Assembly: GCA_963695665.1 (NCBI GenBank)
Contig: CAVOHL010000012.1
Location: 16,966-80,965 of the forward strand
Origin: an uncultured Alphaproteobacteria bacterium
Lineage (GTDB): Bacteria; Pseudomonadota; Alphaproteobacteria; Rhizobiales; Xanthobacteraceae
Direction of reading: 5' to 3'
Length of the DNA stretch: 64,000 nucleotides
The notes beneath the pieces are model-generated. The model saw nothing but the letters and a program-made list of their open reading frames with translations, was not told the origin of the DNA and made no database searches. Below are positions 1 through 10,810 of the stretch, piece after piece. The translations under genes were made by a program, and so were the position numbers. Positions within the stretch are counted from its first letter, which is position 1. Each line of letters opens with the position of its first letter.

Positions 1-337
1 CGCTGCTCGAGCGGCGCGAACACGCGCCGGCCGTGTCCGGTCAAGGTCGAGATGGCTTTGCCGTGCGTCCTTCGGCGAAATCCGCCGCGCTGATCAGCCG
101 GCGCTTCTCGAAATCGCGCAGGATGCGGCTCAGATATCCCGGATCGAAATCGAGCGCGCGGGCGATCTCGGTCGCGGTCGGCGCGTCGCCGTGGCCGATC
201 TCGTAGAGAACGCGCAGCTCGCCGAGCGCAAGGCCGCTGTCGAGATAGGTCCGGCGCAGCACGCCGATCTGCCGCGTGTAGAAGCGGTTGAAGCGGCGGA
301 GTGCGGTGATGCGCTGCGGGCTCGCGCGTGCGGTCAT
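1..337 (-). CDS. MarR family transcriptional regulator (N-terminal part; runs off window start; one frame change near 80-90)
   Basis: ORF 41..337 gives a MarR-like wHTH region (...LRVLYEIGHGDAPTATEIARALDFDPGYLSRILRDFEKRRLI). The expected continuation GKAISTLTGHGRRVFAPLEQR is readable in another frame down to base 1. Confidence 0.6.
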
Positions 338-370
338 GGCCGGGAAGGGTCGGCGAGATACTTGACTATG

Positions 371-952
371 TCAAGTATCTCGCTGCGGCGGCGCCACCAT
401 CGACGCGATGCTGGCGAGCCGGGCGATCCGCTGCCGGCCGATCCGGCGGATGAGATCGGCCTCGGGCTTGGCGGCGCCCTCGGCGTGGCCGCCGATTTCC
501 TCGTAGAAGCGTTTGGCGATGATCAGGCCCTGCTCGGGCCGCGGCCGGCCGCCGAACGCGGCGGCAAGAAGCGACAGCGCTTCGCGCAAGGCCGGTTGCG
601 CCGGCGCGCCGCGCCGGAACGTAGCCGCGCTGGCTATGGGCGAAGGCTCCTCGACGAAACTTCGCGCCTCGCCGATCCACGCCGCGTCGAGGATCGTTCC
701 CGGACGCAGGAAGAAAAGCCAGGGCGCGCGCGCCGCGGCGGCGGCGGTCTTCAGGCGTCTTCCGAGCGAGCCTTCCACCACGCTGAATTTGCAGCCGGCG
801 ACATCGGCGACGGCGGCAGTGTCGTCCCGGGAGCCGCCATCGGCCACAAGCACTTCGGAGATGAACCCCTCCATCGCCGCCGGCACCAGCACCGCCAGTG
901 TCGACACCAAAGCCCGTTCCGAATTGCGGGTTGGGATGATGACGCTCAGCAT
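371..952 (-). CDS. glycosyltransferase family 2 protein
   Basis: Intact 193-aa ORF. The N-terminal MLSVIIPTRNSE...VLVADGGSRDDT is a GT2 (GT-A fold) signature. Confidence 0.7.
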   Translation of the reverse strand: MLSVIIPTRNSERALVSTLAVLVPAAMEGFISEVLVADGGSRDDTAAVADVAGCKFSVVEGSLGRRLKTAAAAARAPWLFFLRPGTILDAAWIGEARSFVEEPSPIASAATFRRGAPAQPALREALSLLAAAFGGRPRPEQGLIIAKRFYEEIGGHAEGAAKPEADLIRRIGRQRIARLASIASMVAPPQRDT

Positions 953-1080
953 CCTTGGCCAACCGCGCTCTGCTTAGTCGTCTGGTTCCCCCGATTTAGC
1001 CTTACGTGCCCGCTGCCGATTTTCCAATCTCACGAAAGATTGTTCTTGTTTTGTTCACGTCTGGGCATTACATTCAACCC

Positions 1081-2220
1081 ATGACCCGTACGTCCGCCTT
1101 GAGACGCCCGCCGGCGCCGCTGCCCTCCGCGCCGGCGGGCGAGTTGGGTAACGCCATCGAGCGCGAGCGGCGGCGCGGCCGCGGCGCGCACTCCAATGCC
1201 TCGGGACGTTACGAGCCGCTCGCGCGCGTCGCCTTCGACGATGGCTGGCAGGGCCCCGACGAACTGCCGCCGTTCAAAACCAGCGTCACGGTCGACGCGA
1301 CGCGCAAGATCATCACCCGCAACGACTCGCCCGACATTTCCTTCGACCGTTCGATCAATCCCTATCGCGGCTGCGAGCATGGCTGCGTCTACTGCTTCGC
1401 CCGGCCGACCCACGCCTATCTCGGCCTGTCGCCCGGCCTCGACTTCGAATCGAAACTGTTCATGAAGCCGAACGCGCCCGAGCTGCTGGAGCGCGAATTG
1501 TCGGCGCCGGGCTACGTGCCGAAGGTGATCGCGATCGGCACCAACACCGATCCGTATCAGCCGATCGAGCGGCGCTATCAGATCATGCGGCGGATCCTCG
1601 AGGTCTTGGAGCGCGCCGGCCATCCGGTCGGCATCGTGACCAAGTCGGCGCTGGTGCTGCGCGACCTCGACATCCTCGCCCGCATGGCCAAGCGCGATCT
1701 GGTCAAGGTCGCGCTCTCGGTGACGACGCTCGATCCCAAGCTCGCCCGGACCATGGAGCCGCGCGCCGCGACGCCGCCGCGCCGGCTCGAAGCGCTGCGG
1801 CAATTGGTCAGGGCCGGCGTGCCGACCTCGACGCTCGTCGCCCCGGTCATCCCCGCCCTCAATGACGCCGAGATCGAGCGCATTCTCGAGGCGGTGGCCG
1901 AAACCGGCGTGCGCCATGCCGGCTATGTGCTGCTGCGCTTGCCGCTCGAGGTGCGCGACCTGTTCCGCGAATGGCTGATGGCGAATTTTCCCGACCGCTA
2001 TCGCCACGTGTTCAAGCTCGTCCGCGATATGCGCAGCGGCAAGGATTATGATTCGAGCTGGGGCCAGCGCATGACCGGAAACGGCCCGCTCGCATGGATG
2101 ATCGGCCGCCGCTTCGAAGTGGCGTGCGAACGGCTCGGCTTCAACAAGACCAAGGTCGGCACCACCACGGCGCATTTCCAGCCGCCGAAGCCGGCCTCGG
2201 AGCAACTGGATTTGTTTTGA
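1081..2220 (+). CDS. radical SAM protein (PA0069-like family)
   Basis: ORF 1006..2220, with a plausible ATG at 1081 ([11 protein letters not shown]...). Carries the CxxxCxxC cluster motif GCEHGCVYC. Intact. Confidence 0.8.
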   Translation: MTRTSALRRPPAPLPSAPAGELGNAIERERRRGRGAHSNASGRYEPLARVAFDDGWQGPDELPPFKTSVTVDATRKIITRNDSPDISFDRSINPYRGCEHGCVYCFARPTHAYLGLSPGLDFESKLFMKPNAPELLERELSAPGYVPKVIAIGTNTDPYQPIERRYQIMRRILEVLERAGHPVGIVTKSALVLRDLDILARMAKRDLVKVALSVTTLDPKLARTMEPRAATPPRRLEALRQLVRAGVPTSTLVAPVIPALNDAEIERILEAVAETGVRHAGYVLLRLPLEVRDLFREWLMANFPDRYRHVFKLVRDMRSGKDYDSSWGQRMTGNGPLAWMIGRRFEVACERLGFNKTKVGTTTAHFQPPKPASEQLDLF

Positions 2221-2221
2221 T

Positions 2222-2342
2222 CGTAGCCCGGATTGAGCCAACGGGTCCGGCCCGAAGTGGCCGGCCCGATGACAGGCTCAGCGAAATCCGGGAGCGGCCG
2301 GTCAATCGTTCCCGGGTTTCGCTCAGCTCAACCCAGGCTACG
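2222..2342. repeat. REP/MITE-like nested palindromic element
   Basis: Outer inverted repeat CGTAGCCCGGATTGAGC (2222-2238) / GCTCAACCCAGGCTACG (2326-2342), 15/17 complementary. It encloses further hairpins (GAAATCCGGGA...TCCCGGGTTTC). Intergenic. Confidence 0.6.
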
Positions 2343-2414
2343 TTAATCCCCGCAATCCTCCGGCGCGGGCGGCGCGCGTTGCGGATCGCGCCACGGCGTG
2401 ATCATCATGGGCGC

Positions 2415-3125
2415 ATGAGTCGCTCAGCCGCGAAGGCCGCGCAGCCGCGCCTGCCGCTCGACGAGGAGGTTCTCCGCCCGACCTTCCGCCGCGAGCGCGC
2501 GGCGCTTAAGCGCGGAGTGTGGCCGGTCGCCGGATGCGACGAAGCCGGGCGCGGTCCGCTCGCCGGACCGGTCGTCGCCGCCGCCGTCATTCTCGATCCC
2601 GACAATGTTCCCCGCGGCCTCGACGATTCGAAGCGGCTCACGCCGGAGCGACGCGAGGTGCTCTACGAACGCATCTGCGCCCGCGCGCAAGTCGCGGTCG
2701 CCATGGCACCGCCTTGGCGCATCGATCGCGACAATATCTTGCGCGCGTCGTTGTGGGCGCTGGCGCGCGCGGTCGCCTCGTTGCCGGTCAAGCCCTGCCT
2801 CGTCTTCGTCGACGGCCGCGACCGCATCGACGCCGGCTGCGACTGCCAGGCGGTGATCGGCGGCGACGGCCTCGTCGCCTCGATCGCGGCCGCCTCGATC
2901 GTCGCCAAGGTGACGCGCGACCGCCTGATGACTTGCCTCGGCGCCGCGCATCCCGGCTACGGCTTCGAGCGCCATATGGGCTACAGCGTCCCCGAGCATT
3001 TCGCCGCGCTCGACCGGCTCGGGCCTACGGTTCATCACCGCCGCTCGTTCTCGCCGGTCGCGATCGCGTTCGGCGACCTCGGCGTCGACGCCGACGAGGT
3101 CGCCGCCGCCATATTGCCTCTCTGA
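2415..3125 (+). CDS. rnhB: ribonuclease HII
   Basis: ORF 2094..3125 with an in-frame ATG at 2415 (MSRSAAK...). Motifs [29 protein letters not shown] and [16 protein letters not shown] are typical RNase HII. Intact. Confidence 0.9.
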   Translation: MSRSAAKAAQPRLPLDEEVLRPTFRRERAALKRGVWPVAGCDEAGRGPLAGPVVAAAVILDPDNVPRGLDDSKRLTPERREVLYERICARAQVAVAMAPPWRIDRDNILRASLWALARAVASLPVKPCLVFVDGRDRIDAGCDCQAVIGGDGLVASIAAASIVAKVTRDRLMTCLGAAHPGYGFERHMGYSVPEHFAALDRLGPTVHHRRSFSPVAIAFGDLGVDADEVAAAILPL

Positions 3126-3184
3126 CGGCGCAGCCGTAAGACGACAATCATTGCGCGAGGCCCGGATCGGGGACCGTCATATCT

Positions 3185-4745
3185 GTGTCCGGGTCTTCGG
3201 CGAACGGGCGGCCGATGTTCTACGTACCCCTTTACATTGAAGCCGTGCGTTCGCGCCCGGTGCTGGTCTTCTGGCTGGCGACATTGGCGCAGGCGGCACT
3301 GTGGATTTTGGTGCCGACGGTATTCTACGCCGCGCCGCCCGGCGTGCTGCCGCAGGTGCTGGCGATCGGACATGAGTTTCCGCTGCGCGGCGATACCGGT
3401 CCGCCGCTCGCCTACTGGCTGGCCGAGATCGCCTTTCGCGTCGGCGGCCTGTTCGGCGTTTATCTGTTGTCGCAGGCTTGCGTGATCGTGACCTATTGGT
3501 GCGTGTTCGCGCTCGGCCGGGCGATCGTCGGCGCCACGCACGCGGTGATCGCGGTGCTGCTGATGGTCGGCGTTTCCGTGTTCACGGTGCCGACGCCCGA
3601 TTTCGGCCCGCCGATCCTGACCATGGCGTTGTGGGCGGCCGCGTTGCTGCAGTACTGGCGCGCGGTGATGCAGGGGAAGCGCCGCTCCTGGTACCTGCTC
3701 GGCGCCGCCGCGGCGCTCATCTTGCTCACCAGCGACGCGGCGCTCATTTTGCTCGGCCTCCTCGGCCTGTTCACGGCCGCGACCGAGCGCGGGCGCGCTT
3801 CGCTCGGCGCGCTCGAGCCGCGGATCGTCGCCGGCGCGCTCCTGCCGGTGCTCGCCGTGCATCTGTTCTGGCTCGCTGGCGCCAGCGACAGCCTGCGCGC
3901 CGGTATTCGAGCGGCTGCGCATCGCCGGAACGGGCGAGGGCAATACGGCGGCCTGGCTGCGGCTCCTCGTCGTGCTGATCCTTGCCCATGCCGGCATCGC
4001 CATCCTCACCGTGCTGGCGAGCGGACGGCCGCGCTTTCGCGCCGGCGCCTCGCCCGCCATTCCGCGCCTGCCGGTCGATCCTTTCGCCGTCACCTTCGTC
4101 ACGGTGTTCGCGCTCTTTCCGGCTCTACTGACGATCACCGCCGCCGTATTGCTCGGCCGGCCGCTGGCGATCGGCAGCGCCGCGCCGCTCCTCGTCCTCT
4201 CCGGGCTCGCGGTCATTATCGCCGCCGGCGACAGCTTCGCGCTCTACCACCAGCGCGTTCTCGGCTTGGCCTGGGCCGGCTTGCTGATCGTGCCCGCGAT
4301 CTTCGTCCCGATCGTGCTCGTCGTCTTGCCGTGGACGGTCGGCGCCGATCTGAAAGTCGCGCAGCCGGCGGCGGCGATGGGCCGCTTCTTCGCCGAGAGC
4401 TTCGAGCGCCGGACCGGGCATCGGCTCGCCGTGGTCAGCGGCGACGTGCAGACCGCGACGCTCGTGGCGCTCGCCGCGCCGAGCCGGCCCAGCGTCTACT
4501 TCGATGACGATCCGGCGCGCGCGCCGCGGGTCACGCCCGAGGAAATCCGCGAGCGGGGGGCGGTCGTGGTCTGGCCGGCCGCCAGTTCGGATGCGACGCC
4601 GCCGCCGGAGATCGCGGCGCATTTTCCCGGCCTCATTCCCGAGGTGCCGCAAACCTTCGCGCGCCCGGTGCGCGGGCGGCTGCCGCCATTGCGGATCGGA
4701 TGGGGCATGATCAGGCCGGCGAACGCCGCGGCTGCGGCCCGCTGA
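3185..4745 (+). CDS. polytopic membrane protein, GT39/ArnT-like glycosyltransferase (tentative); one frame change near 3895-3905
   Basis: Fragments 3185..~3900 and ~3900..4745 join as ...SDSLRA|PVFERLRIAGTGEGNTAAWLRLLVVLILAHAG... Many hydrophobic segments. The family call rests on the N-terminal pattern only. Confidence 0.5.
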
Positions 4746-4774
4746 CTTCAGTGATAGTTGACTTCAGTGATAGC
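4743..4774. repeat. 16-bp tandem duplication spanning two convergent stop codons
   Basis: TGACTTCAGTGATAGT / TGACTTCAGTGATAGC, 15/16 identical. Unit 1 holds the TGA of the + strand gene (4743-4745). Unit 2 holds the TCA (=TGA) stop of cydB (4764-4766). Confidence 0.85.
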
Positions 4775-5768
4775 CGACGCCCTCACGCACCTTGCCGCGG
4801 AACACCCAATAGGACCAGGCCGTGTACATCAGGATGATCGGCAGCAGGAACAGCGTGCCGATCAGCAAAAACGCTTGCGTGCTCGCGGACGAGGCCGCCT
4901 GCCAGAGCGTGTAGTGATACGGCACGATCATCGGCCAGAGGCTGATGGCGATGCCGATGAACGACATCAGGAACAGTCCGACCGCTCCGAGGAACGGCGT
5001 CAATTCGTGCCGGCGCTCCAACGCGTACCATTCGCCGATGGCAATCAGCGCGGTGATCACCGGCACCGGCGAGAGCAAGGCGATATTCGGCCAGCTGAAC
5101 CATCGCTGCGCGATATCGGCATGGGTCATCGGTGTCCAAACGCTGACGCCGAGGATGGCGAGCATGACCGCGACGAGGCACACGCGGCCGGCGCGGCGCG
5201 CCCAGTCCTGCAACTCGCCCTCGGTCTTGAGGATGAGCCAGCCCGCTCCCAACAGGCCGTAGCCGAACATCAGCGCCAAGCCGGTGGCGAGCGGAAACGG
5301 GCTCACCCAATCGAATGAGCTGCCGGCGAATTGCCGGCCGTCCACCTTGAAGCCCTGGATGAAAGTGCCGAGAACGATGCCTTGCGCCAAGGTCGCCAGG
5401 ACCGACCCGGCGCAGAACGCCCAATCCCAGAATCGCCGGATCGCCGGATGCTTGAACCGGAACTCGAACGCGACGCCGCGGAAGACGAGCGCCAGCAGCA
5501 TCAGCAGAATCGGGAAGTAGACCGCGGGGATGATGATGGCGAACGCCAGCGGAAAAGCCGCCATCAGGCCGATGCCGCCGAACACGAGCCAGGTCTCGTT
5601 GCCGTCCCAGACCGGCGCGATCGAATTCATCACGATGCTGCGATGGCGTGCGTCCGGCACCAGCCCGTAGAGGATGCCGACACCGAGGTCGAAGCCGTCG
5701 AACACCACGTAATAAAACACCGCCAGCGCGAGCAGCGCGGTCCACAGCGGCACCAGATCGAGCACCAT
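4764..5768 (-). CDS. cydB: cytochrome d ubiquinol oxidase subunit II
   Basis: Intact 334-aa ORF. MVLDLVPLWTALLALAVFYYVVFDGFDLGVGILYG... is a typical CydB N-terminus. Multi-TM, and lies directly downstream of cydA. Confidence 0.9.
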   Translation of the reverse strand: MVLDLVPLWTALLALAVFYYVVFDGFDLGVGILYGLVPDARHRSIVMNSIAPVWDGNETWLVFGGIGLMAAFPLAFAIIIPAVYFPILLMLLALVFRGVAFEFRFKHPAIRRFWDWAFCAGSVLATLAQGIVLGTFIQGFKVDGRQFAGSSFDWVSPFPLATGLALMFGYGLLGAGWLILKTEGELQDWARRAGRVCLVAVMLAILGVSVWTPMTHADIAQRWFSWPNIALLSPVPVITALIAIGEWYALERRHELTPFLGAVGLFLMSFIGIAISLWPMIVPYHYTLWQAASSASTQAFLLIGTLFLLPIILMYTAWSYWVFRGKVREGVGYH

Positions 5769-5781
5769 CGTTTCCTCCCGC

Positions 5782-7185
5782 TCACGAATCCGCGGCGGCG
5801 CGCGCGGCCTTCTCGAACGGCCGGTTCGGTCGCCCGCTCTCGATCATCTCCGGCTCTTGCTCTTGCGCTTGCTCTTGCGGACCGCGGCGCACCAGGCCGG
5901 CCATGAACGCAATCCCGGTCGGGAACATGATCAGATAAACGACGATGTAGAAGGCAAGCGACCAGGCCACGTCCGCGCCGGTGAGCGAGGGCGATACCGA
6001 ATCGGCGGTGCGCAGCAGCCCGTACACGGTCCAGGGCTGGCGGCCGACCTCGGTCGTCGTCCAGCCGGCGATGACGGCGATGAAGCCGAGCGGCGCCAGC
6101 CATTGGCACAGCCGCAGGAACCAGCGGCTCTCCCACAGCCGGCCGCGCAGCCGCAGGAATTGGCCGACGACGGCGACGAGCGAGCATGATCACGCCGATC
6201 CCGACCATGACGCGGAAGGCGAAGAACGGCGCGCCGACCGGCGGCCGCTGGTCCGCCGGCCATTCCTTGAGCCCCTTGATCGCGCCGTTCCAGGAGTGGG
6301 TGAGAATGAGGCTGCCGAGATTCGGGATTTCGATTGCGTAGCGCATGGTCGCCGCGGCGTCGTCGGGAATGCCGAACAGCGTCAGCGGTGTCGGCTGCGC
6401 GGTGTCGTAACGGCCCTCGATCGCCGCGAGCTTCGCCGGCTGGTATTCGAGCGTGTTGAGGCCGTGCTGGTCGCCGAGGACGATCTGCAGCGGAACGAGG
6501 ATGATCAGAAGATCGAGCGCCATGCGGATCATCAGCCGCGCTTCCTCGCTCGGCTCGGCGCCGCAGCACGAGCCACGCGCCGACGCCCATCACCACGAAG
6601 GCGGTGGTGATGTAGAACGCCGTGACGTTGTGCAGCAGCCGGTACGGAAACGATGGATTGAAGATGATCGCGAACCAATCGACCGGCTAGAAGCGTCCGT
6701 CGACGAATTTGTAGCCGGCCGGCGTCTGCATCCAGCGAGTTGGTCGCCAGAATCCAGAACGAGGAGAGCAGCGTGCCGAACGCCACCATGAGCGCGGCGA
6801 AGAAATGCGCCCAGGCCGGCACCAGCCGCCGTCCGAACAGGAGCACGCCGAGGAACGAAGCCTCGAGGAAGAAGGCCATCAGCCCCTCATAGGCCAAGCA
6901 GCGGCGAGATCACGTCGGCCGTGGCGTCGGTGAAGCGGCTCCAGTTGGTGCCGAACTGGAACGGCATGATGATGCCGGAGACGACGCCCATCCCGAACGA
7001 GACGGCGAATATCCGGTCCAGAAGCCGGAGATGCGGAACCAGATTTCGCGGCCGGTGAAGAGATAGAGGCCCTCGAGCACCGCGATGTAGGACGCAAGCC
7101 CGACGGTGAAGGCCGGCAGCAGGATGTGCCACGCGATCACCCAGGCCCACTGCACGCGGGAAAGCAGAACCGGATCGAGCGCCAT
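5782..7185 (-). pseudogene. cydA: cytochrome bd ubiquinol oxidase subunit I, frame-disrupted (about 5 frame changes plus an in-frame TAG)
   Basis: Fragments read colinearly as CydA: MALDPVLLSRVQWAWVIAWHILLPAF.. / ..GTNWSRFTDATADVISPLLG / YEGLMAFFLEASFLG.. / SWMQTPAGYKFVDGRF*PVDWF.. / MIRMALDLLIILVPLQ.. / ..TTEVGRQPWTVYGLLRTADSVS.. Frame changes lie near 7015, 6895, 6735, 6560 and 6180. The in-frame TAG is at 6687-6689. Confidence 0.85.
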
Positions 7186-7299
7186 GGGACGAACTCCGTC
7201 GCCTGCGGCTGCCAAGTCTTCTATGATATAGGCGCATAAGGCTCAGGGGGAAAGCCATGGATCAGCCGGCCGCGCCGCGCGCGCAAAGCTCGCCGACGC

Positions 7300-7773
7300 G
7301 TGCTCGACCGCGTTTTCGACCTGGGCAATTCCGGCAGCAATGTGCGCACCGAATTGCTCGCCGGTCTCACCACCTTCCTGACGATGGTCTACATCGTCTT
7401 CGTCAATCCGCAGATCCTCGGCAATGCCGGCATGGACAAGGGCGCGGTGTTCGTCGCCACCTGCATTGCCGCGGCGGTGTCGACCGCGGTGATGGCGCTC
7501 TACGCCAACTACCCGATCGCGCTCGCGCCGGGCATGGGACTCAATGCGTTCTTCGCCTTCACCGTCGTGCTGACGATGAAATACACCTGGCAGCAGGCGC
7601 TCGCCGCGGTGTTCTGCTCCGGGGTGATCTTCTTCCTGATCTCGATCTTCCGGATCCGCGAATACATCATCAATTCGATACCGCGGAATCTCAAGCTCGC
7701 GATATCGGCGGGCGTCGGCCTGTTTCTCGTCGGAGTTCGTCCGATGTCGGTAGCGGACATGGGTGGAGATTGA
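7300..7773 (+). pseudogene. NCS2 (AzgA-type) purine permease, 5' fragment only
   Basis: MLDRVFDLGNSGSNVRTELLAGLTTFLTMVYIVFVNPQILG... is a typical N-terminus. Homology ends near 7738 (...AISAGVGLFL) after ~146 codons, where the family normally has >400. Unrelated lower-GC DNA follows. Confidence 0.75.
7744..7760. repeat. short imperfect palindrome of the MSA..ADI repeat family, at the permease break
   Basis: ATGTCGGTAGCGGACAT. The outer 5 bp are perfectly complementary, 6 of 8 pairs overall. Lies exactly where permease homology stops. Confidence 0.45.
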
Positions 7774-7840
7774 GCCTGCGACCGCTTATGCATGATTTCT
7801 TGTCTGCGGCGATCCTGCGCCCGCCGGTTGCCCTCGTCGC

Positions 7841-8562
7841 TCATGCCCGCAGGTAGCAGCGCGTCCAAGGCGATTGTTCGCTCTTCAATTGTCGCACGAC
7901 GCCATCCGGCAAAGCCCTCTTCGATATTGCGTAGGCGGCGTTCAATCGGCGCGATGCAGCGCGCGTAGCTCTGGCTGTGTCGAGCAGTTTGTCAGGCTCC
8001 CGACCTCGTGAAAGAACCGAGCCGGGACGCTTCCTCAAGCTCGTACAGCTTGCCACGTAGCGTAGCCAACGCCGCGATCGGCCCTCCCAACGCGTACTTA
8101 ATAATCTCGACGTAGGCCGCGGGCATTGGGATTCCGATAGGCACTTCATTTAGTCCGAACCGTGCAGGTTGCGGGCGGCAACTCGGAAGTCGCAATCAAG
8201 GGCCGTGATTAGCCCACCGCGATGGCATGACCGTTAACGCCGCGACGGTCGGGCGGGGATACCGGAAGATGCGCAGATTCGTTTCGCGGTACGTCCGATA
8301 CCATTGACGGATGGTGTCATGGCTTCCGCTGTCGAAAATGCCGAAGCTGTACTGAAAGTCGATTCGGCCGAGAACACGTCTCCTGCCGGTGGGCACGACC
8401 GGCAAGTCGCTGAACTCTCGTTCGAGCGGTCGAAGGCGTTGTGTAGGTCGGCAAAGAAACGGTCGTTCTGTACATTGACCTTGTAGTGTTCATGCGCACG
8501 ACAGCGCATCCACCCAACGCCTCGATGTCCCATGCCATCCGCGCCGTCTCCTTTTTAGTCAC
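7841..8562 (-). pseudogene. enoyl-CoA hydratase/isomerase (crotonase) family gene, frame-disrupted (at least 3 frame changes)
   Basis: Minus-strand fragments are colinear with the crotonase fold: MAWDIEALGGCAVVRMNT.. / ..NVQNDRFFADLHNAFDR.. / ..NLRIFRYPRPTVAAL.. / GLNEVPIGIPMPAAYVEIIKYALGGPIAALATLRGKLYELEEASRLG.. / ..EPDKLLDTARATRAA..AYAISKRALPDGVVRQL. Confidence 0.6.
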
Positions 8563-8664
8563 CCGCGCCCATGTAGCGCCAGTTTCGTTTAGTCAGGGAA
8601 ATGGACTGAGGTCGGTTTGGGTCATTCGTTACAGATTCAGGGTATCCGCGCGACTTCCGCTCTT

Positions 8665-8685
8665 CCCCCAAAAGCCGACATTCGC
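8665..8685. repeat. half-site of the MSAFGG/PPKADI palindromic repeat family
   Basis: CCCCCAAAAGCCGACATTCGC reads PPKADIR on + and MSAFGG on -. Lies in a ~45-50% GC intergenic stretch. Confidence 0.45.
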
Positions 8686-8803
8686 TTGTACCGCCCTAAG
8701 TGTAGCGATGGGCCAATACCGGAAATCACTTGCAGCTATTCAATCACCTCATCTGCGAGGACCGACACGTCGGCGGGTAGGCTTTAGGGTGGATCAGGCC
8801 GCA

Positions 8804-9449
8804 TCAATGGGTTTTTCGCGCGCGGGCGTTTTTCAAACCGTCTTTTGCTTGCTGGTCTTCGGGCTTAATTCCCAACGCCGTTTGATAGTCGGCCTCGGCT
8901 TTGCCGAAATCGCCCTTCTTCAAGTAGAGCTCGCCCCGCCAAAAATAGCCGTAGAAATATTTTGCATTGAGGCGCAAAGCCTCGTCGGTGGCTGGCGCGG
9001 TCGTAGTCTCCCGCTTCGATCAGGTCGACCGCCCGGCCCGTGTAGGTCACCTCGTTCGGTTTCTTGCGGATTGCAGTTTCCTGATCGGCAAAGGCACGGG
9101 CGAAATCCTTTTTGTACGCGTAGGCATGGCCCCGCGCCACGTAGGCCCAGAGATTGTCCGGGGTCAGCGCAATGGCTTTGCTGAAATCGTCGATGGCCTG
9201 GTCGAATTGGCGGTTATAGCGCTGCTTCATTCCCCGCTCGTAATAGGCCTCATAAAGATTTTCCTTGTTTGCATCACCTTTCGCAATGATACGGCTGCAT
9301 GCGGCGATCGCATTACTGTCCTTGGAATCGGATTTGCAAATCTCGAGGTCGTTAGCGCCGGCAATGGCAAATTGTCCGAGCGCGATGAGAAATGCTGTCG
9401 CAACGCAGGTGCCGCGGACCATAAATCCCCCTGAAATAAGCGTACGCAT
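8804..9449 (-). CDS. secreted TPR-repeat protein (one frame change near 8985)
   Basis: ORF 8865..9449 has a signal-peptide-like start (MRTLISGGFMVRGTCVATAFLIALGQFAIAG). TPR-like repeats follow (..YNRQFDQAIDDFSKAIALTPDNLWAYVARGHAYAYKKDFARAF..). A shifted frame continues ..ATDEALRLNAKYFYGYFWRGELYLKKGDFGKAEADYQTALGIKPED.. to the TGA at 8804-8806. Confidence 0.65.
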
Positions 9450-9563
9450 CTCAACCCCGCACGGATACGAGCCGTAGAGCCGGTCGTAACCTCACGGCCA
9501 TTAATTCCCAAGATGAGCCTGTCCGCTAGGGGTCACCAGCAATAGACTTGCGATAGACGCGCA

Positions 9564-9590
9564 ATGTCCGCTCCTACCCCGGAAGCGACC
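9564..9590. repeat. degenerate copy of the MSA..ADI repeat family
   Basis: ATGTCCGCTCCTACCCCGGAAGCGACC reads MSAPTPEAT. Intergenic, between the TPR gene and the patatin gene. Confidence 0.35.
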
Positions 9591-9651
9591 CAATCGCTGC
9601 ATTGCGGCACTGACGGGAACGGCCGTAAAGCGGCCGCGATCGCTCGAACCG

Positions 9652-10810
9652 TTATGCGGGCGCCGGCCTGGGATGTCCGGCGAGGATGTCGTGCATCACG
9701 TCGAAGACGCGCACCCGAGCTCTCTCGGCATCGGCGCGAGCCACGGCGAAGCGTGCAAGGTGGTACAGGCGTCGGAAAGTCCCTGCTGCCATCGCGCCTC
9801 CATGGTTGAACGGCTGAACTCGAAGTCCTTTAACGCGCCCTGCGGCTCGTATTGGGCGGTAGATGAGCTGCACGATATCCATCTCGGTGACGCAGCCGTG
9901 CGCATAAAGTCGTTTGGCCTGTTCGGTGCTCGCGAGGTCAGGCGGCAGTAATTTATGCAGCTCGTTGATGGCATGACGCACGTCGTGCTTTTCACGAAGG
10001 GTATTCGTGGTGAGCCGCGTCCGGCTGGAATAGCGAATGTCCTTCTCGCGCTCGTTGACCTCGTCAAGATTGGCCGGTAGGCGGCCATGCGCCGGGAACA
10101 GGTCGACCTGAAAGATCAGGCGGCTGCGACGCGGATAATAATCCACCATGTATTGCAGCGGCGTGTTGGAAAAGAGTCCTCCGTCCCAGTACTGCTCGCC
10201 GTCGATCTCGATCGGCGGAAAACCCGGCGGCAGCGCGCCGCTGGCCATGACGTGCTCGGGGCGGATGGTGATCTCCTCGCTGTCGAAATAGGCAAGCCGG
10301 CCGGTCCGCACGTTGACCGCACCAACGCTTAGCCGCATGTCCTCGGCGTCGTTGATCCGATCGAAATCGACCAGCCGCTCGAGCGTCCCTTTGAGCGCAG
10401 AGGTCTGGTAGTAGCTGACGCAATTTGCCGGATGAAAACCAGTCCTGCGGTGGACGCGGAGTGAAGAAGCCGGGTTGGCCGAACAGCAGCGCTGCCAGCG
10501 CGCTCGCCTCATGTTGCCAAGCCGCCAGCGGTCCGGCCGGCGCAGATGGCCACAGCCTGGTCGGAGCGGTGATCGCCTCCCAGAAGCCGCGCAAGCGCTG
10601 CACCCGGTGCTCCGGCGCGTTGCCGGCGATGATCGCCGCGTTGATCGCACCGATGGAGATTCCCGCCACCCAGTCGGGTAGATATTCCGAGGCCGCCAGT
10701 GCCTCGTAGACGCCCGCCTGATAGCTCCCGAGCGCGCCGCCGCCCTGCAGAACCAAGCCAACCTTCTTGTCATAGGATGTCGGGCGTGCTGGTGGGGTTG
10801 CATCGGTCAC
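9652..10810 (-). CDS. patatin-like phospholipase with DUF3734-like C-terminus (about 3 frame changes near 10430, 9830, 9715)
   Basis: Oxyanion motif VLQGGGALGSYQAG, GxSxG serine GISIGA and Asp motif YWDGGLFSNTP are present. C-terminal ..DFEFSRSTMEARWQQGLSDA.. resembles DUF3734. GTG at 10810 is preceded by GGAGA. Confidence 0.8.

Noticed and set aside
7186-7299. Possible purine riboswitch upstream of the NCS2 permease, or an FNR/FixK box upstream of cydA.
   Set aside because: I could find neither the conserved purine-riboswitch core nor a TTGA-N6-TCAA box by eye in this 114-nt divergent region.
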